Below, one piece after another: positions 57,511 to 64,000 of a DNA stretch of 64,000 nt. The notes beneath the pieces are model-generated. The model had not been told where the DNA came from. It worked only from the letters and a program-made list of their open reading frames with translations, and ran no database searches. The translations under genes and the position numbers were made by a program. Numbering within the stretch: position 1 is the first letter of the stretch; each line of letters starts with the position of its first letter. Source of the DNA: Pseudomonadota bacterium (GTDB taxonomy: Bacteria > Pseudomonadota > Gammaproteobacteria > Burkholderiales > Burkholderiaceae_C); contig JAEWBU010000171.1 of assembly GCA_023390985.1 (NCBI GenBank), positions 9,708 through 73,707 on the forward strand, written 5' to 3'.

Positions 57511-57558
57511 ATCAACAACAACCCTGCCGGGGGCGATCCCCGGTGGGGGACAGCCCTC
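57511..57558 (+). promoter_or_regulatory. Conserved structured 5' leader, copy 10
   Basis: ATCAAC, CCGGGGG/TCCCCGG stem versus downstream GGACAGCCCTC. Confidence 0.5.
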
Positions 57559-57581
57559 GCGCAGCTCAAAGGGAGACGCGA

Positions 57582-57812
57582 GTGTGCGTTGAACGACTGA
57601 CGCAAGCCGTCAAGAAATTCCAGGACAGCACGGGAGAGGAAGCCCTGCTGGTGGTACTGCACGACGACGAGGACCAGATCATTGGTCTTCACCGGATCGG
57701 ATTCGAGGTGGGCGCAGGCCTGCTCGTTGACGGCCGGCCCGCCGGCTATGAGTTCTACCGCCAGGTGCATGACTTCCACGCCCTGCAAGAGCCGCCCGCG
57801 CTGCTGCACTGA
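57582..57812 (+). CDS. Small hypothetical protein
   Basis: GGGAG RBS, GTG start. Confidence 0.55.
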   Translation: MCVERLTQAVKKFQDSTGEEALLVVLHDDEDQIIGLHRIGFEVGAGLLVDGRPAGYEFYRQVHDFHALQEPPALLH

Positions 57813-57829
57813 GCCCCGAAGGGGGTTCA

Positions 57830-57870
57830 GACCCGCAGCAGTTGCGGACTGGCCGGACCAATCTGAGAAT
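57830..57870 (+). promoter_or_regulatory. GACCCGCAG-box promoter, copy 9
   Basis: GACCCGCAG-CAG-TTGCGG-N17-GAGAAT. Confidence 0.65.
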
Positions 57871-58201
57871 TTCCCACGAGACACCTGAAAGGGTGCTTTG
57901 TGGAAAGCGCCTTCCCAGTGGGCAGAGGCGCTTTCTGCAGTGCATTTCCCCCGCTCTTCGGAGCGAATGCGGAGCTGGAACACCGCATGCCGCCTCACCG
58001 GCGGTCACTCCAGCCTTCAACCACGGCACCACCCGCACGCCATCTGCGTGAGCGCGGCTGCCAGCCAACTTCCTATTCGGCGCGACAGCCAGTCGTCGCC
58101 GGCTTCCTCTCGGGATCGGCCAATGCGTCTCCTCCCGTCGGGTGGGTGCATTGGCGGGTCTCGCGTGTCTTGACCCATTTCCAATCACTTAGGAGAGTCC
58201 C

Positions 58202-61126
58202 ATGAATATCGAAAGTGCGGCGACGCTCGAAGCCCTGGAGCCCCAGGCGCTGTCGACGTACGTCTTCCGCGAAAAGTACGCTGCGCCGGGGGAGCAGACG
58301 CACCTCGACCTGCATCGACGCGTCGCCAAGGCCCTGGGCCGCGACAGCGCGCAGGAACAGCGCTTCCTGTCCACGCTGGTCAACGGTTTCATCCCTGGTG
58401 GTCGCATCAACGCGTCAGCCGGCTTGGACCGTAAGACCACGCTCGTCAACTGCTTCGTCCAGCCTCTGGCCGATTGCATGACGGGCAACCTCCACGGTAT
58501 CCCCGGCATCATGGATGCTCTGGGCGAGGCCGCTGAAACCATGCGCCAAGGCGGCGGTGTGGGTTACGACTTCAGCCCGCTGCGCCCCTCGCGTGCCCGC
58601 GTCAAGGGCACGGAATCGGAAGCCTCCGGGCCTGTGAGCTACATGCGTGTCTTCGACCGCATGTGCGACACGGTGGAGTCGGCCGGCTCGCGCCGCGGCG
58701 CCCAGATGGGCGTGCTGCGCGTCGACCACCCTGACATCGAGTCCTTCGTGGACGCCAAGAAGGGACCGGACTTCACTGCCATGGGCCTGCCGCAGGCGAT
58801 GGCGGACCAGATGATGCGGATGATCCGCACCAACGACAAGTTCGGCGCGGCCGTTCGCAAGGCGTTCGCGACGCTGAGCAACTTCAACATCTCGGTCGGC
58901 GTGACGGACAAGTTCATGCAGGCCGTGGTCGACGATGCCCAGTTCGACCTGGTGCACGTCGCCGAACCCAGCTTCCCGGCCCTCGGCCAGGTTGCCGATG
59001 CCGACGGCGTGACCCGTTTCATCTACCGCACGGTGCGCGCGCGCGACCTGTGGACCAGGATCCTGCGCAACGCGTACGAGACCGGCGACCCGGGCATCGT
59101 GTTCCTGGACACGATCAATCGTCTGAACAATCTGAGGTACTGCGAAGTCATTGCAGCTACCAACCCGTGCGGGGAGCAGCCGCTTTCGCCGTATGGCTGC
59201 TGCGATGTGGGCCACGCCAGTTTGGTGCGGTTCGTGCGCAATCCTTTCACGCCGGCAGCGCGCTTCGACTGGAGCGCGTTCAAGCAGGTGGTGGCTGGGG
59301 GCGTGGAGCTGCTGGACCGCGTTCTGGACGTGACCAAGTGGCCCTTGCCGCAACAGCAAGCCGAGGCCGAAGCCAAGCGCCGCATCGGGGCGGGGTTCAC
59401 CGGCCTGGGCAGCGCGATGGCGATGCTGGGCCTGCGCTACGGCGCGGTGGAGTCGGCGGCGTTCGCCGCCGAGGTCACTCGCACGATGCGCGACACCGCG
59501 TACCGCAAGTCGGTGGAGCTCGCGCGCGAGTTGGGCGCCTTCCCGCTGTTCGACGCGGACAAGTATCTGGAGGAAGGAACCTTCGCCTCCACGCTTCCCG
59601 AGGACATCAAGGAGGACATCCGGCGGTACGGAATGCGAAACAGCCACACGCTGTCGCTCGCTCCGGTTGGCACCGGGTCATTGGCCTTCGGAGACAACTG
59701 CAGCTCCGGCGTCGAGCCGATCTTCGACCTGAATGCGTTCCGCAACGTGCGGACTGGCAACGGTGACGAGAAGAAGCTGTGGAGCGCTGAGGAGTACGCG
59801 CTGCGCGTGCTCAAGCTGGTCCGCGGCGAAGGAGCCACGGACGATGCGCTGGTGACGGCGCAGGAGCTTTCGGTTGACGATCATCTGCGCGTGCTCAACG
59901 CGGTCGCGCCGTACATCGACGCCGCCGTGAGCAAAACGGTGAACGCGCCGCGCGATTACCCGTTCGAGGCCTTCCAGGAGACCTACATGAACGCCTGGCG
60001 CAGCGGCCTGAAAGGGATCACCATCTACAGGCCCAACGACATGCTGGGCTCGATTTTGGTTTCGGCCGAGGAGCAACGCCAGAAAGAACTGCTCGCCGCC
60101 GGCGAGACCGCCTCCAACGATGACCTGGACCGCCGGGTGACGCTGAAGGACGCGCCGAACCTGCTCACGCAGATGAAGTGGCCGAGCCGGCCCGACGTGG
60201 CCGCCGAGGGCAAGACCTACCCGGTCAAGCACCGCAACGGGAACTTCGCCGTGGTGGTCAACCACTGGGTCAACGGAAGCCAGCATCCGCTGGAGGTGTA
60301 CATCGCAGGAAACGAAGCTCCGCGCGGACTCGGGGCCATCGCCAAGAGCCTGAGCGTGGACATGCGCACCGACGACGCAGCGTTCCTGGAGATGAAGCTG
60401 GATTCGCTGCTCAATACCAAGGGCGAGGACGCGTTCGAGATGCGTGACCCGGCCACGGGCCAAACGGTGCTGATGCCGTCCCTGACGGCGGGCTTCGCGA
60501 AGGTGGTGAAGCACCGTCTTGCCGAGTTGGGGGTGCTGGGCGATCAGGCCAGCTCCCCGATGATCGATGCGCTGTTCTCGCGACGCGAGCCGAAGACCGG
60601 CGCCGACGGCGCGATCGGCTGGCACGTGGACATCAACAACCCGGTGACGGGCGACGACTTCCTGCTGCACACCAAGGAGATAAAGCTGCCCGATGGGTCG
60701 ATCCGCCCCTACTCGGTGTGGCTCTCGGGCCACTACCCGAAGGTGCTTGACGGCCTGATGAAGGTGCTGTCTATCGACCTGCGCATCAGCGACCCGATGT
60801 GGGCCGTGATGAAGCTGCGCAAGCTACTGAGCTTCGGCGAGGTGCGCGGCGACTTCATGGCACCGGTCCCCGGCGAGCAGCGCCAGGCCAACTACCCGAG
60901 CACGGTGGCCTACATGGCTGCGGTGCTCCTGGCCCGGATGGAAAAGCTCGGGCTGGTGCGTGGTGAGGCCGAAGCGGCGGCATCCGACGAGGGCGCTCCG
61001 CTGCGCGGGGGCAACCTGCTGGCCGGCTCCGGAAAGCAGTGCCCCAGCTGCCACGCCATGACCTTGCACAAGGTCAGCGGCTGCGAAGAGTGCAGTAGCT
61101 GCGGGTACACCGGCAGCTGCGGCTGA
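58202..61126 (+). CDS. nrdJ: Class II (adenosylcobalamin-dependent) ribonucleotide reductase with C-terminal Zn-ribbon
   Basis: GFIPGGRI, NCFV, GGGVGYDFS, RRGAQM, TNPCGEQPL, APVGT, KGITIYRP, terminal CPSC..CSSCGYTGSCG. Confidence 0.92.
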   Translation: MNIESAATLEALEPQALSTYVFREKYAAPGEQTHLDLHRRVAKALGRDSAQEQRFLSTLVNGFIPGGRINASAGLDRKTTLVNCFVQPLADCMTGNLHGIPGIMDALGEAAETMRQGGGVGYDFSPLRPSRARVKGTESEASGPVSYMRVFDRMCDTVESAGSRRGAQMGVLRVDHPDIESFVDAKKGPDFTAMGLPQAMADQMMRMIRTNDKFGAAVRKAFATLSNFNISVGVTDKFMQAVVDDAQFDLVHVAEPSFPALGQVADADGVTRFIYRTVRARDLWTRILRNAYETGDPGIVFLDTINRLNNLRYCEVIAATNPCGEQPLSPYGCCDVGHASLVRFVRNPFTPAARFDWSAFKQVVAGGVELLDRVLDVTKWPLPQQQAEAEAKRRIGAGFTGLGSAMAMLGLRYGAVESAAFAAEVTRTMRDTAYRKSVELARELGAFPLFDADKYLEEGTFASTLPEDIKEDIRRYGMRNSHTLSLAPVGTGSLAFGDNCSSGVEPIFDLNAFRNVRTGNGDEKKLWSAEEYALRVLKLVRGEGATDDALVTAQELSVDDHLRVLNAVAPYIDAAVSKTVNAPRDYPFEAFQETYMNAWRSGLKGITIYRPNDMLGSILVSAEEQRQKELLAAGETASNDDLDRRVTLKDAPNLLTQMKWPSRPDVAAEGKTYPVKHRNGNFAVVVNHWVNGSQHPLEVYIAGNEAPRGLGAIAKSLSVDMRTDDAAFLEMKLDSLLNTKGEDAFEMRDPATGQTVLMPSLTAGFAKVVKHRLAELGVLGDQASSPMIDALFSRREPKTGADGAIGWHVDINNPVTGDDFLLHTKEIKLPDGSIRPYSVWLSGHYPKVLDGLMKVLSIDLRISDPMWAVMKLRKLLSFGEVRGDFMAPVPGEQRQANYPSTVAYMAAVLLARMEKLGLVRGEAEAAASDEGAPLRGGNLLAGSGKQCPSCHAMTLHKVSGCEECSSCGYTGSCG

Positions 61127-61346
61127 TGTGAACCAGGTGCGTTGCTTCGGCGCGCACCAACAGGCTCCCTCCGAGAGGAGGGGCCTGCCTGGAGGGTTGT
61201 GCATCAGCTCTCCAGACAGGTCGCCAGCGCCCCCACGGGGCGCCTGCATCGAATCGGCGCGCCCCTCGCACATGTCGGCCTCGGCTGCCCTTTCAGGCCC
61301 ATCCGATCGCGGGCAAGGCTGCGGGCGTGTGTTGGCAAGAAGGCCA

Positions 61347-61387
61347 GACCCTCAGCAGTTGCCAGCTGCAGCAGCCCGGAATAGAGT
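61347..61387 (+). promoter_or_regulatory. GACCCGCAG-box promoter, copy 10
   Basis: GACCCTCAG-CAG-TTGCCA-N17-TAGAGT. Confidence 0.6.
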
Positions 61388-61432
61388 CGAATCGCTCGGA
61401 CTACCTCCGATCGGCAGGCCTTCATGTGCCTG

Positions 61433-61489
61433 CATTCAACCCAACCCACACGGGAACCTTCGTTCCCGTAGGGGGCGTGGGTTCCCGTG
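61433..61489 (+). promoter_or_regulatory. Conserved structured 5' leader, copy 11
   Basis: CATTCAAC, ACGGGAAC/GTTCCCGT stem versus CACGGGAACC/GGTTCCCGTG. Confidence 0.65.
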
Positions 61490-61508
61490 ATCCTTTTACG
61501 GAGAACCC

Positions 61509-62585
61509 ATGGAGAAGATCCACACCAAGGAGGCCAAGGGCCTCGTGTGCGTGACGCTCGACGTCCACCTCTGGTCCGGCCGCAAGCGGCTGCGCCGCGA
61601 GGTGCTGGTGGAGCAGAACCCGCAGTTCAGGGACTTGCCGCCCGAGTCGCTTGCGACCCTGGGCGCGATCAAGATCTGCGACCCGGACGACCTGGCGCCG
61701 TTCAACCGCATCAAGCGCGAGGCGGAAAAGCTGATGCTCACCGCGGGCCTCCCGCTGCTGGGCACCATCGGCATCCCGGAGCCGAAGCTGCCCCGGGTGT
61801 TCAAGAAGTTGCAGGAGCTGCAGGCGGACTTCAACGCGCAGCGCGACACCCTGCACAAGAACTTCGAAGAGCGCATCGACGAGTGGCGCGCCAAGCCCGA
61901 GAACGAGGACTGGGAGCACCTGATCAAGGACATCCCGACCCCCGAGTACGTGGCCGGCAGGCTGTCCTTCGGCTTCCACATGTGCCGCGTGTCGGCACCC
62001 TCGGACGGCGACGGCGCCATCAACGAGATGTACGGCAAGCAAGTCGGCGGCCTCAAGGGCGAACTGTTCGCAGATGCTGCTCGCGAGGCGCAACTGCTGA
62101 TGGATCGCTACCTGATGCGCCGCGGCGAGAGCGGCAAGCAGGAGCGCGAGAAGATCACCAACAAGACGCTGCGTCCGCTGCGTCGGGTGGCCGAGAAGCT
62201 GCGAAGCTTTGCTTTTCTCGACCCCACGGTGGAGCCGATGGCACAGGTCATCGAGCACTGCCTGAGCCTGCTGCCGGCCGAGGGGCCCATCGAAGGTGTG
62301 CACCTGGTGCACATCTGGACCCTCGCCCGAACGCTCGCCAACGAGAAGGCGTCCGAGGAAGCCGCGCTGCTGGCCATGCAGATGGGCTCGGCTGCACAGG
62401 CCTTCGAGGACCTGCTGGCCAAGTCGCCGAACGTGGTGGCCTCGCCGGCGGTGCCGGTTGCGGCGCCCGCACCGAACGCGCAGCAGGCGCCTGCGCCGAT
62501 GGCTTCTGCCCCGGCGCCCGCGCCCGCGTTCGCGCTCAGCCCGATCGACTTCGAGCCGGACCTGAGCGGCGCGACGGCGTTCTAA
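61509..62585 (+). CDS. DUF3150-like protein
   Basis: LDVHLWSGRKRL..LPPESLATLGAIKICDP..KLRSFAFLDP. Confidence 0.75.
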   Translation: MEKIHTKEAKGLVCVTLDVHLWSGRKRLRREVLVEQNPQFRDLPPESLATLGAIKICDPDDLAPFNRIKREAEKLMLTAGLPLLGTIGIPEPKLPRVFKKLQELQADFNAQRDTLHKNFEERIDEWRAKPENEDWEHLIKDIPTPEYVAGRLSFGFHMCRVSAPSDGDGAINEMYGKQVGGLKGELFADAAREAQLLMDRYLMRRGESGKQEREKITNKTLRPLRRVAEKLRSFAFLDPTVEPMAQVIEHCLSLLPAEGPIEGVHLVHIWTLARTLANEKASEEAALLAMQMGSAAQAFEDLLAKSPNVVASPAVPVAAPAPNAQQAPAPMASAPAPAPAFALSPIDFEPDLSGATAF

Positions 62586-62590
62586 ACCAC

Positions 62591-62620
62591 GGGTCGGCCT
62601 TCGGGCCGGCCCTCTTTTTT
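62591..62620 (+). terminator. Terminator-like hairpin between co-oriented genes
   Basis: GGGTCGGCC-TTCG-GGCCGGCCC followed by TCTTTTTT, 11 nt before the next ATG. Confidence 0.7.
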
Positions 62621-62631
62621 CAAAGGGATCC

Positions 62632-64000
62632 ATGACACACAAGGTCATGCAGGCCATGCGCCTGATCGAGGCGTTCGCTGCCCTCATGCGGGGGCAGCGC
62701 GTGCCGATCACGTGGGCCGATCGTGCCAGCACCAACATTGCGTCAGGAGGCATCGTCCTGCCTCGCCCGAAAACGGGTGAGGCGGCGGAAGTGGCGCTTC
62801 TGACCAGGCTGGCGGTGCACGAGACGGGACACCTGGACCACACAGAGCCGCTCCCCGCGGGGAAGCTCACAGAGACTGCGTACGAATACTGGAATGCGAT
62901 GGAAGACCCTCGCATGGAGCGCGCGCAGTGCGATACCTACCCGGGCGCGAAGATCATTCTGGCGCGCGGGCTGGACGAAATGCTGGCGCAGCTGGACGTG
63001 CCGACGCTCGTGGAACACCTTCCGCACGCGGCGGTCAGCCTGCAGCTGCTGATGCGGGGCTTTCTGGCCCTCGCACCCCATGCTCCGGTGCAGCGGCATG
63101 CGCCCGCAGTGCTGGAGCAGACCGGCCGCGTCCTCACGCAGGGAAAGATCGAGGCCATCGAGGCTGCTGTCTCCAGACTGCAGCGTGCGACCTCAAGCCT
63201 GGACGTGGAGCAGATCGCGAGCGAGCTGGATGTCGAGCTGAAGAAGCCCGAGCAACCCGAGCAGCAGCAGCCGCAGCAGCAACAGCAGGAGCAGCCGCAG
63301 CAGCAACAGCAGGAGCAACCTGCAGAGCAGGACCAGCAGGACCAGCAGGACCAGCAGCAGGATCAGGAGGAAGATTCTTCCGCCGACAGCGCTGGCGGCG
63401 GTGATGGCCAGGACCAGCAACCGGGCGGCGAGTCCGACGAGGACCGCGGCGAGCAGTCGCAAGATTCCAGTGGTGCTTCCACCGGCGTCGACGACGACGG
63501 CGAGTCGGAGCAAGGCGGCGAACGCGAAGAGGCGCGGGCCAGCGAGGGCGCCGGAGGACCCGGCGATCACGAGGCCGAGAGCGACCACGCCGACACCGGC
63601 GACGACAACGGTTCGCACCAGCAGGGCGCCGACGGCCAACCGCAAGGTGACGGCCTCGAGGCGACCGGCCAGGAGGAGCAGTCGACGGCAGGCCAGCTGC
63701 CCACAGGCGGGAACGGGCAAGCCGCGCAGGCGGACCGGCCCGCCGCGAACGAGTCGGGCGACCAGGTAGGCGACCAAGGCGCGCAACCGCAGCAAGCGGG
63801 GGCCGACGAGGAAGCCGAGGGCGACCATTCCGGCAACCAGCAGACCGACCAGCCGCACGGCGAGTCCCGAGAGCAGGAAGCGCAGCAAAGCTCCGATGCC
63901 GGCCAGAACCCGGCACCAGGTCAGGGGGAAAATTCCCTGGATCTCGGCGCTCTCCTTCGGGAGGTGTTGGCCGCGGCCTACGGCACCGGCGACGGCGAGC
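62632..64000 (+). CDS. CobT-like / vWA-partner protein, N-terminal part (runs off window)
   Basis: Open frame from ATG 62632: IVLPRP..AVHETGH..WNAMEDPRME..YPGA, then a long Q/E/D/G-rich linker. A vWA domain is expected beyond the window. Confidence 0.7.
   Translation, partial: MTHKVMQAMRLIEAFAALMRGQRVPITWADRASTNIASGGIVLPRPKTGEAAEVALLTRLAVHETGHLDHTEPLPAGKLTETAYEYWNAMEDPRMERAQCDTYPGAKIILARGLDEMLAQLDVPTLVEHLPHAAVSLQLLMRGFLALAPHAPVQRHAPAVLEQTGRVLTQGKIEAIEAAVSRLQRATSSLDVEQIASELDVELKKPEQPEQQQPQQQQQEQPQQQQQEQPAEQDQQDQQDQQQDQEEDSSADSAGGGDGQDQQPGGESDEDRGEQSQDSSGASTGVDDDGESEQGGEREEARASEGAGGPGDHEAESDHADTGDDNGSHQQGADGQPQGDGLEATGQEEQSTAGQLPTGGNGQAAQADRPAANESGDQVGDQGAQPQQAGADEEAEGDHSGNQQTDQPHGESREQEAQQSSDAGQNPAPGQGENSLDLGALLREVLAAAYGTGDGE

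Noticed and set aside
57871..58201. Cobalamin riboswitch upstream of nrdJ
   Set aside because: I could not find the B12-box or conserved core by eye; left as an unassigned leader.
63245..63370. CAG-rich tandem repeats as a separate element
   Set aside because: They encode the Q/E-rich linker of the CobT-like protein.
1..64000. tRNA, rRNA, transposase or integrase genes
   Set aside because: None recognised in the sequence or translations.

Overview
GC-rich window that reads as the backbone of a large plasmid, probably from a Burkholderiales/Comamonadaceae-type host (inferred from gene content, not proven). It contains a complete replicon: parA-parB, six copies of a 16-bp palindrome (parS candidates), an iteron array with DnaA-box-like sites, and a TrfA-family initiator. 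It also carries a PRTRC (ParB/ThiF/ubiquitin-like) cluster, DinG and UvrD helicases, RadC, a RecE-like nuclease, SSB, a class II ribonucleotide reductase, an IncC-like acaB / AAA ATPase / DUF3150 / CobT-like block, and an unusually rich set of DNA-modification genes (Mom-like, 5hmdU-kinase helical domain, SPPY methyltransferase, DpdA/TGT-like, two PAPS-reductase-family proteins). The left end holds a decayed two-partner secretion locus. The most striking unannotated signal is regulatory. Ten plus-strand operons share a promoter of form GACCCGCAG-N3-(-35)-N17/18-(-10). Eleven genes are preceded by a conserved two-way-pairing RNA leader. One promoter drives a tetraloop-rich structured RNA followed by a 40-aa peptide, divergent from an AcaB-like regulator. 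All family assignments come from motif recognition by eye; no searches were run.
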